Part shown: positions 49,834-59,207 of the stretch, piece by piece
Numbering within the stretch: the first letter of the stretch is position 1
Layout: every line of letters starts with the position of its first letter
Assembly: GCA_965199825.1 (NCBI GenBank)
Contig: OZ241329.1
Location: 128,001-192,000, forward strand
DNA length: 64,000 bases
From: Bdellovibrionales bacterium
GTDB lineage: Bacteria > Bdellovibrionota > Bdellovibrionia > Bdellovibrionales > UBA1609
Direction of reading: 5' to 3'
Notes under the pieces: generated by a model
Database searches by the model: none
Told to the model about the DNA's origin: nothing
The model's input: only the letters and a program-made list of their open reading frames with translations
Translations under genes and position numbers: made by a program

Positions 49834-49900
49834 TTTCAAAATGCCAGTTCGGCTCGCCTACTGGCGAACGAATGTCTGAGCATTTTAAAATTAAAATTCG
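49824..49900 (-). repeat. dispersed palindromic element, copy 3 (inverted)
   Basis: Core nearly identical to copy 1; 21-bp arms differ in sequence from copy 1 but are self-complementary (1 mismatch). Confidence 0.9.
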
Positions 49901-49907
49901 GAAGCGT

Positions 49908-52829
49908 TTAAGTGGTTTGAGTTTTTATGTTTCGTTTTAGGACTTGGGCGACTTCGTCGATTTTTGCGGGCTTTGAGATATAGTCGTTCATCCCGCAAGA
50001 TAAACACTTTTCTTTATCACCCGCTAAGGCATTCGCGGTCATCGCAATGATAACGAGCGAGGGATTAAAGGAATCATTTTGGCGAATGATTCGGGTGGCC
50101 TCGTAGCCATCGAGCTCGGGCATGTGACAATCCATCAATACGACATCATAAGGCCATTTTTTAAGAGCGTGCACAGCCTCACGGCCATTGCCTACCGCAT
50201 CGGCGCGACAACCCAATTTTTCGAGCATCTTGACCGAGATGGTTTGATTAACCGCATTGTCTTCGGCAACAAGAACTCTCAGTCCGTTGCCTTCAAAAAT
50301 TGGTGCTCGAATTTCAAATTTTTGTTGAGGTGTGATGGCACTTTTTTCTAGATCAAGCTCAAACCAAAAAGTCGATCCTTTGGATTCAGTGCTCTCAACC
50401 CCAATTTTTCCGCTCATCAAGCCAACTAATTTTTTTGATATCGAAAGGCCAAGGCCTGTACCACCAAAGCGTCTTGAGGTTGAGGTGTCGGCCTGGCTAA
50501 AGGGCTGAAACATTCTTGCAGCAACTTGCTTTGAAAGCCCCGAGCCTGAATCAATTACCTCAAAGCGATAGGTGTTTTTTTGTTCAACCCGAATTTTGAT
50601 GGTGCCTCTATCGGTAAATTTCACTGCGTTCCCGATGAGATTGATGAGCACTTGCCGAATGCGACTGGGGTCACCTTTAACCAGATTGTTCTTGAGTTTT
50701 GAAAGATCGACCTCAAGCTTTAAACCTTTTTTGGCAATCGGATATTCAAAAGGTTTAATCAAATCGAGAAGCACTTGTTGCAAGTTAAAATCAATAATTT
50801 CAAGATCGAGTTTACCCGCCTCAACTTTTGAAAAATCCAAGATATCGTTAACCACTGAAAGTAAAGAATCGGCACTCAACCGAATATTTTCGGCATACTC
50901 GAGTTGCTCACTCGATAATTTTGTATCAAGCAAAAGGCTTGTCATCCCGAGCACACCATTGATCGGAGTGCGAATTTCGTGGCTCATGTTGGCCAAAAAT
51001 TCTGACTTTGAACGGGTGGCTGCGGCGGCGAGTTCTGAGGCGGCCTTCAGATCTTTTTCGGCTTTTGCCCGCTCGCTCACATCAATAATCACCGCAATCA
51101 TACCACTCACTTGGCCGCGCTCGTCATAAGTTGAGAGAACTCCCGAATGAACTTGTATGCGTGTGCCGTCTTTTTTAACACGCTCCACATCCACAAAAAT
51201 CGGTTTGCCACCCTCAAGAGCCGTTTCAACAATTTTTAACGACTCATGCCGTTTTTCGAGAGGAACAAATGGCATAAATTGTCCGATCGCTTCTTTTGCA
51301 GACCAGCCAAACATGCGCTCGCATGCAGGATTCCAGTGAGTCACAGTTAGGTTATTATCAGTGGCCAAAATCGGAGCGGGACTTGAATCAATCAAAGCCT
51401 GAAGTTTTCGAGTGGTTTCGCGTAAAATCACTTCGGATTGTTTACGCTCTGACATGTTGATCACTTGGGTCATCAAAAGGCGATTATGGCCTGATTGATC
51501 TTTGATCACACTACTTGTCAGCCAAACCGGAATGGGCTCACCTGATTTATGAATCAATGTGGTTTCAATATTTAATTCATGTCTTCGACCCGCAAAAAAA
51601 TCATTGCGTGCCTTTACAATATTCTGACGATCGTCAACCGGAGATAAATAACGAATGGGGACCTTTATTATTTCTTCACGCGTGTAGCCGAGCATCTCGC
51701 AAAAAGCCGAGTTGCATTCGTGCCAACTGTCATCTGATTTTAAGAGAAAAAATCCTATGGGTGAATAATCAAATGCTTTTTTAAACATTTGCTCGCTCTC
51801 GGTCGCAAGCCGTGCAGTTTCGTTTTGTGAACGAAGGTTTGAAAGCTCTTGTTCGGTTTTTTTAAATTCGGTAATATCACGAACAATTTTTGAGATCCCT
51901 ACCACACGCCCCAATTTATCAGATATCGGAGAAACAGAGATATTCACATGTAAAGGCTCACCCGTTTTTTTAACTCTTATGGTCTCAAGATTTTGGATGA
52001 TTTGGCCTTTTTTAATTTTGGCCAAGATGTTTGATTCTTCGTGATATCGATCATGCGGAAATATTCGCAAGATCGATTGTCCAATCATTTCATCAGCGCT
52101 GAAACCAAAAAGGTTTTTGGCGGCACTATTCCAACTTGTGACAGTTCCGTTTAGATCTTCGCTAATGATGGCATCAATCGAAGATTCAACCAGCGCCACC
52201 ATTTGGGCTGCCGTTTTCTCAGCCATTTTTTGATCATCAATATCGGTCAGAGTGCCAAACCACTTGATCCCATTTTTGCCATCAGGGGCTGGTATGGCAC
52301 GCACCAAAAACCAGCGATAGCTTCCGCTGTGATGACGCAGGCGATACTCCACATTGAATTCAACTTTGTTGAGCATCGAAGCTTCCCATGCGGCCTTGGC
52401 TTGAGCGACATCCTCAATATGAACAAGTTCATCCCAATTGTCTTTTTCGGGATCGTGCCCGGTATACTCTTTCCACTTTGAATTGGTAAATAGGGTGCGA
52501 AAATCAGCAGCGATTTCAAAAACAATTTGGGGAATCGATTCAGCAAGAATTCTAAAATTATTTTCGGTTTTCTCGACCACATATCCGATTAAACCGGATT
52601 CAGAAATTTTGAGCAGAATTGTTGATAAATCTTTTTTTAAAAATTTTTCGTAACGGGTTTCTTGGGAGTTAGAGATGAACCATGGGATGATGCCGGCCTC
52701 AAGCTCTGAGCGCGAATATCCAATTATTCGCAAAAACTCGTTGTTGGCTTCAATAAGAAACCCAAGGTCGTTTCGTTGAAAAACGCCTATAAGGTTGGAT
52801 TTAAAAATGCTGTCGTCTTGAATGCCCAT
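49908..52829 (-). CDS. multi-PAS hybrid histidine kinase
   Basis: Several PAS/PAC domains, FLANMSHEIRTP, GGTGLGL, C-terminal REC; likely start ATG 52829. Confidence 0.92.
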   Translation of the reverse strand: MGIQDDSIFKSNLIGVFQRNDLGFLIEANNEFLRIIGYSRSELEAGIIPWFISNSQETRYEKFLKKDLSTILLKISESGLIGYVVEKTENNFRILAESIPQIVFEIAADFRTLFTNSKWKEYTGHDPEKDNWDELVHIEDVAQAKAAWEASMLNKVEFNVEYRLRHHSGSYRWFLVRAIPAPDGKNGIKWFGTLTDIDDQKMAEKTAAQMVALVESSIDAIISEDLNGTVTSWNSAAKNLFGFSADEMIGQSILRIFPHDRYHEESNILAKIKKGQIIQNLETIRVKKTGEPLHVNISVSPISDKLGRVVGISKIVRDITEFKKTEQELSNLRSQNETARLATESEQMFKKAFDYSPIGFFLLKSDDSWHECNSAFCEMLGYTREEIIKVPIRYLSPVDDRQNIVKARNDFFAGRRHELNIETTLIHKSGEPIPVWLTSSVIKDQSGHNRLLMTQVINMSERKQSEVILRETTRKLQALIDSSPAPILATDNNLTVTHWNPACERMFGWSAKEAIGQFMPFVPLEKRHESLKIVETALEGGKPIFVDVERVKKDGTRIQVHSGVLSTYDERGQVSGMIAVIIDVSERAKAEKDLKAASELAAAATRSKSEFLANMSHEIRTPINGVLGMTSLLLDTKLSSEQLEYAENIRLSADSLLSVVNDILDFSKVEAGKLDLEIIDFNLQQVLLDLIKPFEYPIAKKGLKLEVDLSKLKNNLVKGDPSRIRQVLINLIGNAVKFTDRGTIKIRVEQKNTYRFEVIDSGSGLSKQVAARMFQPFSQADTSTSRRFGGTGLGLSISKKLVGLMSGKIGVESTESKGSTFWFELDLEKSAITPQQKFEIRAPIFEGNGLRVLVAEDNAVNQTISVKMLEKLGCRADAVGNGREAVHALKKWPYDVVLMDCHMPELDGYEATRIIRQNDSFNPSLVIIAMTANALAGDKEKCLSCGMNDYISKPAKIDEVAQVLKRNIKTQTT

Positions 52830-52962
52830 GCTTATATTTCGGTTAAAGATAAGAGGGTCTACAACAAGTGAGGATCTTTTGACACAGATTGAGCTCACGT
52901 TTCGAATTGAGAACATCCCAGTGTCTTGAGATCGTCTCTGGAAGATCTCAACTTAATTCAAT

Positions 52963-53892
52963 TTATTTACCCGAAATAAACTGTAATGTGCCCTCTAAAT
53001 CCTTTGCTACTTCAGCAAAAGTCATCGGGACTCCATAAGAGGATTCACAGCGTATTTTGAATTGAAATCCATAATTCAAATTTTTGGCATCTGTAAAACT
53101 CAAAATTGTAAATACCTTGTGAGATAAAAATGCGCGAGAACCAGAATGCATATAGAGGTGCATTTTTTGGGACCGCTTTAAGTCTTCGGGTACCGATCCC
53201 AAAATTTCGCAGCGATGATCGCCTTTTTCACGAAGGTTCAAAACAATGAGGTGATTGATATCAAGGATAAGCGCTTGAGGGCGCAAAACATTTTCGTTTC
53301 TTGCGTTTTCTTGAGCGATTGATCCGTAATAAGCAGGAGCAAAAACGTCCAGTTGATTTAGCTCAACTGTTTCTTCAGATTGAATTTGGTCTTTAAAATC
53401 TTTTGAAAAATCGCTTGCTACAACCACATCGGAATAAAAACTGATCGCGTCGTTGAGGTCTTTTGTAACCTCCGAAAAAGTCTTTGAAGTGCCTCGATCG
53501 TATTCACAAATAAGTTCAACGCTCTCATCTAAATTTGTAAGCGATCCAAATCTGAAAAACGAAATCGTGTGATGCGCATCCGTCATCAACTGCTGCTTGA
53601 CCAAGGTGAGCCGCTGTTTGTTTGCAATGTTCTTCCCTACCGAGGGTGTGCAATGTTCAGAAACAGATAGAGCGTTTAAGTTTTTTATGACTAAGACCGG
53701 CTTAATTTCTTTCAAATTTTGCTCGAGCTGAAGAGCTTCTTTTTTATCCTCAAGATTAAAATTGATCGAATTTAAGATCCTAGTTGCGGACGTCGAAGTG
53801 CGAGGGTCTTTGATGTTTTGAACATCTTTAAAAGAAGAGGGGCTGCAAGCCGCCAATACAAAAAGGGCTATGACGAGACGAAAAGGTTTCAT
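52963..53892 (-). CDS. hypothetical lipoprotein with an internally duplicated domain
   Basis: Lipobox LAAC; the two halves resemble each other and the 40477 protein. Confidence 0.8.
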   Translation of the reverse strand: MKPFRLVIALFVLAACSPSSFKDVQNIKDPRTSTSATRILNSINFNLEDKKEALQLEQNLKEIKPVLVIKNLNALSVSEHCTPSVGKNIANKQRLTLVKQQLMTDAHHTISFFRFGSLTNLDESVELICEYDRGTSKTFSEVTKDLNDAISFYSDVVVASDFSKDFKDQIQSEETVELNQLDVFAPAYYGSIAQENARNENVLRPQALILDINHLIVLNLREKGDHRCEILGSVPEDLKRSQKMHLYMHSGSRAFLSHKVFTILSFTDAKNLNYGFQFKIRCESSYGVPMTFAEVAKDLEGTLQFISGK

Positions 53893-53943
53893 AAGACATC
53901 CCTCAAAAAAATCGATTGCGTTACTTGACCGTACTGGAGACTT

Positions 53944-53960
53944 AGCAAGGCCGAGGCCGG
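53944..53960 (-). promoter_or_regulatory. putative sigma54 promoter
   Basis: CCGGCCTCGGCCTTGCT (GG-N10-GC), ~50 bp upstream of ATG 53892. Confidence 0.5.
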
Positions 53961-54063
53961 ATCAGTTGCGATTGAGCGGCTGGAGTGTTGTTTTATTTAT
54001 AATTTATAACAGATCCTAAACACTATAAATTGAGCCCAATTGAATTTCCGGCTAGACAGACCC

Positions 54064-54651
54064 ATGCATAAAGGTCGGCTCGAAGCTTTTAGTGATGGCG
54101 TGTTCGCAATATTAATCACAATTATGGTGCTCGAACTCAAAGCCCCCCATGGCGATGGCTTTACGGCTCTCTTGACCATCTTTCCCAATTTTGCGGTCTA
54201 TGCTTTAAGTTTTATTTATCTTGGGATTTATTGGAATAATCATCATCACCTCATGCAAGCCGCAGCCAAGGTCAATGGCACTGTCTTATGGGCAAACCTT
54301 CATCTTTTGTTTTGGCTCTCGCTTTTGCCATTTGCAACTTCATGGATTAATGAAGCTCATTTTGCTCCGCTCCCTGTTGCCCTCTACGGCGCAGTTCTCT
54401 TAGCCTGCAGTGGTGCTTATTTTGTGCTCGCGCGCTCGCTTATCCGCATGCAAAGCAAAACTTTAGAGAGTGCGATCAAAGATGGTCGTAAAGAAAAAAT
54501 CTCAAGCGGTGCCTATGCGGTTGCGATGCTGACCGCATTTTTTAAAATTGAAGTTTCGATTGCGATCTATATTGGTGTGGCAACAATGTGGTTGGTTCCC
54601 GATCGACGCATCGAAAAAAAAATTATCAATACTATAAAGGAGGATTTATGA
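54064..54651 (+). CDS. TMEM175 family K+ channel (DUF1211)
   Basis: RLEAFSDGVFAILITIMVL, YWNNHH. Confidence 0.92.
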   Translation: MHKGRLEAFSDGVFAILITIMVLELKAPHGDGFTALLTIFPNFAVYALSFIYLGIYWNNHHHLMQAAAKVNGTVLWANLHLLFWLSLLPFATSWINEAHFAPLPVALYGAVLLACSGAYFVLARSLIRMQSKTLESAIKDGRKEKISSGAYAVAMLTAFFKIEVSIAIYIGVATMWLVPDRRIEKKIINTIKEDL

Positions 54652-55168
54652 AAAAACTGATTTTCTTGATGATCTTAACAGCTCAGGCCCAAGCCGAGGT
54701 CTGCCAACAATTTAGATCCAAAGGTCGCTTTGAAAACCTCGCCGATCACAATCATGACAAGTCGAAATTTTAAACAACAACGAATGTGCAAGCCTTACTC
54801 TTATTGATATTGATGATATCGCTTGGTCGATTGATTTGACTGGAGCACCAACACCACTGCCAGAAAAATTTTTGAAAAACGAAGGCGTTCATATGAGCGA
54901 TGCCTTTTACACCGCCAAGCTCAATCAAAACGATCAAATCGAATTGAGCTTTGAAGGCAACACCGAACTTTCAGGCCCTGCAGGAATCAAAATCAACGCA
55001 AGAATTTCTTATAGCTCACTTGCCACCGCACTTCCTTCTTACGATCAAACCCCACAAGCCATTCAGCTCAACACCCAATCACTCAAATTGATTTCGGTGA
55101 GGGGATCATTATCGAGCAAAGCGAAGAATCCGGATTTATTAAGGGCGCAAATTTTATGTTGGATATGA
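54648..55168 (+). pseudogene. secreted hypothetical protein with a -1 frameshift near 54760
   Basis: GGAGG SD, MKKLIFLMILTAQAQA signal peptide; reading continues in the -1 frame (VEILNNNEC...) into ORF 54836-55168. Confidence 0.65.
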
Positions 55169-55212
55169 TTAAAAATATGTTGGATTTGGAATTAAAACCG
55201 CTCTGAAGAAAA

Positions 55213-55233
55213 CGCCCGATGGAACATCGGGCG
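55213..55233. terminator. bidirectional intrinsic terminator
   Basis: CGCCCGATG-GAA-CATCGGGCG with an A-run before and a T-run after, between convergent genes. Confidence 0.8.
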
Positions 55234-55247
55234 CTTTTAAAATGCAA

Positions 55248-56768
55248 TTATTGAGGAGTTGGTAAAAATGGTGCGGCTTGAAGGCCTGCACTTGCACGGT
55301 CAGCAAATGTTTTGTTGTTTGCGCCGTTAGTTAACATGTCAGCATTATCCATTGGTGGGCCAACAATGATGTTGTCATGAAAATTCATGGTGCCACCGGG
55401 GCCATCCATAAAACGAGCATTGCCATCATTGATCACGATATTGTTTTTGAATTCATATGTGTTCACGCGGCCATCATTTGCGATTCCTTCTTCACCGTAA
55501 CCAAACGATCCACGTTGTGAAGCCGAACCTTTAACAAATACAGAATTTTTAACTACGACATTGCCACCATTAGGAATATCGATGGAGTACGATCCGTCAT
55601 CTGTATTTTCAAACTGTGTGTTGGTGATAAAAGTATTTTTAGCACGTGATTTTACCAAATGCGCTGGAGTGACGTGTCCAAAATAGCTGTTCGAAATATT
55701 CAGAGTGTCTGTGTAAGCCGAGATGTAGATGTTGTGCACGTTTGCATATCCACCTGAATTCACACCGTCATGATCAAATTTTGAATTGGTGATGTTCACA
55801 GTTTTTGCACCACCCAAAATTCCGTCGTTACAGTTTGTGAATGTCACGCCATCAAAGCTTGCAACTGGCATTGTGTCGTTTAAACGAACACATGATGCGT
55901 TTCCACCATCGGGACCATTGAGAACTGCGCCATCAATCGCACAACCTGTCATTGCAAAACTTTTTGCTTGGCCTTCAACGTCGAAAATCCCTTTGCCCCA
56001 AGCCACACGTTTGCCAAGACCAGCTGACCAAGAGAGTTTCACTCCAGCATCACATTTGACCACATAATCAAATGCGCCAACTAGTGCTACAGAATCATTG
56101 TCGCGAGATTTTGTGATGTGCATCACATCGCCTTGTTTATAAGCCGCTGCTGCATCACCCAAAGAAGTGTACTCGGTTGAACCCAAAAAGATTCCGCCCG
56201 TTCCTGCTGCGGGAGCTTGGGTCGGAGTGGGTGCAGGGGTTGTTGCTACGGGAGTTGAAGCTGCAGGTTGAGGAGTTTGTGTTGCAGGCGCTTGCGTGCT
56301 GATTGTTTGCACAGTTGTTTTTAGGTCTGCAATTTGACTTTTAAGATCAGCAATTGCTGCAGAGATTGCGGTTGCTTCAGTGGACTGAATTGTACTTTTA
56401 AGATCACTGATTTGCGATTTGAGATCAGAGATTGCTGTAGTGACCGCACTTTGATCTTGTGAAGGTTGAATCGCAGTAATTTGAGTTTTTAGATCACTAA
56501 ATTGAGCTTTGATTTCGTTGACTGCTGTAGAAATCGCGGCTTGGTCTTGCGAAGGTTGAATGTTTGCAATTTGAGTTTTTAAATCTGCAAGTGCCGATGT
56601 CACCGCGGTCAATTGAGCGTTTAAAGTCGCAGATGTTAAAATTTGTGCTTTAAGATCATTCACTGCTGCGGTGATTGCATCCACAGATGGGTTTGAGTCT
56701 GTCATAACGGTTTGTGCTTGAGTGGCCCAAGCGCTAAAAATTAAAAGCCCGATGATAATACGTTTCAT
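55248..56768 (-). CDS. secreted coiled-coil / Pro-Thr linker / right-handed beta-helix protein
   Basis: Signal peptide, DLKxQI heptads, TPAP linker, ITNSKF/ISNSYF/VKNSVF parallel beta-helix repeats, HNIY motif. Confidence 0.8.
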   Translation of the reverse strand: MKRIIIGLLIFSAWATQAQTVMTDSNPSVDAITAAVNDLKAQILTSATLNAQLTAVTSALADLKTQIANIQPSQDQAAISTAVNEIKAQFSDLKTQITAIQPSQDQSAVTTAISDLKSQISDLKSTIQSTEATAISAAIADLKSQIADLKTTVQTISTQAPATQTPQPAASTPVATTPAPTPTQAPAAGTGGIFLGSTEYTSLGDAAAAYKQGDVMHITKSRDNDSVALVGAFDYVVKCDAGVKLSWSAGLGKRVAWGKGIFDVEGQAKSFAMTGCAIDGAVLNGPDGGNASCVRLNDTMPVASFDGVTFTNCNDGILGGAKTVNITNSKFDHDGVNSGGYANVHNIYISAYTDTLNISNSYFGHVTPAHLVKSRAKNTFITNTQFENTDDGSYSIDIPNGGNVVVKNSVFVKGSASQRGSFGYGEEGIANDGRVNTYEFKNNIVINDGNARFMDGPGGTMNFHDNIIVGPPMDNADMLTNGANNKTFADRASAGLQAAPFLPTPQ

Positions 56769-57086
56769 AAATCAAAATCCTCCATTGGATTTTTTGATGT
56801 TGTTGATACTTAAGGCGTCATCACATCTACCAAAAAAATTACAATGATGGTGCTAAAAAATGATCACTTAATCAAATCCTAACCTTCGCTCACCGCGACA
56901 AAAGGTCTAAAGGGCTTACCCACCCGATGATCTAAATGAACTGCATAAATTCAAAAATTAAGTCGGCCTGTGTCAAATTCTGGGTGAACGAAGGTACCAA
57001 AAGCTAGCCCCTCTGATTGTTTGGTCCTTCGAAAGGACAAATGCATGAAGCGCATTGCTCACCCAAACAATTAAAGTAGCCATTTT

Positions 57087-58130
57087 TTAAAGTTTTTGAA
57101 TGTCGATCACAAAACGGTATTTCACATCACTCTTGATCACCCGCTCATACGCCTTATTGATCTCTTTGGGGGTGATCAACTCGATATCCGGAGTGATATG
57201 GTGTTGAGCACAAAAGTCGAGCATCTCTTGAGTCTCCTTGATCGATCCAATCAAAGATCCAGCGTAGGTGCGACGCATGGCAACCAATGGAAATGGATGA
57301 ATCGATAATGGAGATTCGGGAAGACCTACCACAACCAGTGCTCCATCTAATTTCAAAAGATTAAAATAGTTTTGCATATCGATGTCGGCCGAAATCGTAT
57401 TAATGATCAGGTCGAATTGGCCTTGGTTTTCGTCAAAAACTGTTTCGTTATGAGTGCACAAAAAATGATGGGCACCCATGCGCTTTGCATCTTCGCGTTT
57501 TTTTTCTGAATGACTGATCACTGTGACATCGGCGCCGAGTGCGCGAGCGATTTTAACACCGACGTGTCCTAAGCCGCCAAGACCCATGATGCCCACTTTT
57601 TTGTTTGGTCCAGCCTGCCAATGTTTAAGGGGCGAATACAGTGTGATGCCCGCACACAAAAGAGGTGCGGCTTTTTCGAGTGAGATGGAGTCGGGAATTT
57701 TTAAGACATAGTTTTCATCAACCACAATCACATCGGAGTATCCGCCTTGAGTGGGCGTGACGCCGTCTTTTTCTAAACCGTTATAGGTCGAATTCATTCC
57801 CTTTAAGCAATATTGTTCGAGATCTTGTTTGCAGTGGGAGCACTCTCGACAGGAATCAACGAAACAGCCCACCCCCACCCGATCACCAACTTTGTAGCGC
57901 GAGACCTTTGCTCCAACTTGTGCGACGAGGCCCGCAATTTCGTGCCCCGGCACAACCGGAAAATTGGCTTCGCCCCATTCGCTTCGTACGGTGTGGATAT
58001 CAGAATGGCAGATCCCACAAAACTGAATGTCGATGAGCACATCGTTGTCTTTAAGGTCTCGACGCTCAAACGAAAATGGTTTGAGTGGTTCCTCTGCAGA
58101 AAATGCTGCAATTCCTTTTGCCTGAATCAT
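57087..58130 (-). CDS. Zn-dependent NAD(P) alcohol dehydrogenase (cinnamyl ADH / YahK family)
   Basis: CGICHSD, GHE, structural Cys cluster, [14 protein letters not shown]. Confidence 0.94.
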   Translation of the reverse strand: MIQAKGIAAFSAEEPLKPFSFERRDLKDNDVLIDIQFCGICHSDIHTVRSEWGEANFPVVPGHEIAGLVAQVGAKVSRYKVGDRVGVGCFVDSCRECSHCKQDLEQYCLKGMNSTYNGLEKDGVTPTQGGYSDVIVVDENYVLKIPDSISLEKAAPLLCAGITLYSPLKHWQAGPNKKVGIMGLGGLGHVGVKIARALGADVTVISHSEKKREDAKRMGAHHFLCTHNETVFDENQGQFDLIINTISADIDMQNYFNLLKLDGALVVVGLPESPLSIHPFPLVAMRRTYAGSLIGSIKETQEMLDFCAQHHITPDIELITPKEINKAYERVIKSDVKYRFVIDIQKL

Positions 58131-58203
58131 TGATGCTCCCTTGGTGTTGCCTCAAGGCTTACTTCAGGGAGTTAAAAAAAGAACGGTTATATTTTTTTAA
58201 GAT

Positions 58204-59034
58204 TTAATAAAGATGACGAAGCAGACCTTCACAGGTCCAGCGTTTGCTCAAATCCAGAGGCTCGAGATAATGAACAATGGGATCCATCAACAGTTGTGTC
58301 GATTTTGGTGCGATATATTCGCGTTCAATATTTTCGGTCAGAACAAAAAACTGTTCGCCCTCGCCAATCTTAACCACATGGCGATTTTGATCTTTTAAAA
58401 GTTTGGGAAATAATTTTTTTTCATCCTCAGTGAGCTCACGAGGTTCGTGAGCAAAGGAGCGATTGGTGACAAAACCTTCATGATAAAGACTCACGAGAAG
58501 CAATTGGAAAAATGAAGACTGCTTTGGGTCTTCTGCCAGTTCAATATCAAAAGAGGGGTTGCGACGATTTATTAAACTTTTAATTAACGGTTTAAAATAG
58601 ATTTGCATGTCGGGGGCGGTTAAAAAATTGGTGAGGAAAACTTGTGAAAATCGATTCACACCATAAACCTCAATTTTATAAAATTCGGGATAGTTGGCCC
58701 GCAACTGCCGGATCAACTCGGCATCAAGCCAGAGGGATCGATCGGCAACACTTGAATTGTAATCGGCGATAGTTTTGAATTTTCGCGTGCGGGTTTCTGA
58801 TGGATAATTGGCTTCGCCACTAAATTGTACAAAAACGGTGCTGTCGCCTTCAATCCGGACATGATCGAAATAAAAAAGATGTGCAGATTGATCTTCGAAT
58901 AAATCGTGCAGATCAGGCTCAAAAAAGAATTCTTCAAGGGTGATAAATTTATTTCGATAAAGACTTAGCTCAACAGTTTGCTGAATCTCTTTGGCATTAA
59001 CGAGTGATAATAGAAGAGTGAATAAAAAAATCAT
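58204..59034 (-). CDS. hypothetical secreted protein, paralog of 59208-60041
   Basis: Short signal peptide; shared DYN, RANYP, P.FDI.L.EDP motifs. Confidence 0.8.
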   Translation of the reverse strand: MIFLFTLLLSLVNAKEIQQTVELSLYRNKFITLEEFFFEPDLHDLFEDQSAHLFYFDHVRIEGDSTVFVQFSGEANYPSETRTRKFKTIADYNSSVADRSLWLDAELIRQLRANYPEFYKIEVYGVNRFSQVFLTNFLTAPDMQIYFKPLIKSLINRRNPSFDIELAEDPKQSSFFQLLLVSLYHEGFVTNRSFAHEPRELTEDEKKLFPKLLKDQNRHVVKIGEGEQFFVLTENIEREYIAPKSTQLLMDPIVHYLEPLDLSKRWTCEGLLRHLY

Positions 59035-59207
59035 GACCTCCGCTTATACCAAAATTATTTAAGGTTTAAAACGGAGGTGAAGATGATTGTATTTAATGCT
59101 TTTGGATGCTCGGAGCGGGTTTCTCGGAAGAAGGAGCTTTTTTGTCTACGGGTTGAACGTCCATTGCTAAAATCGAGTTCTAAATGATTGCGTACTGATT
59201 GCAGGTC

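Noticed and set aside
57011..57045. Hammerhead ribozyme (CTGAT...GTCC..GGAC-AAA)
   Set aside because: The CUGANGA and GAAA core is not correctly formed
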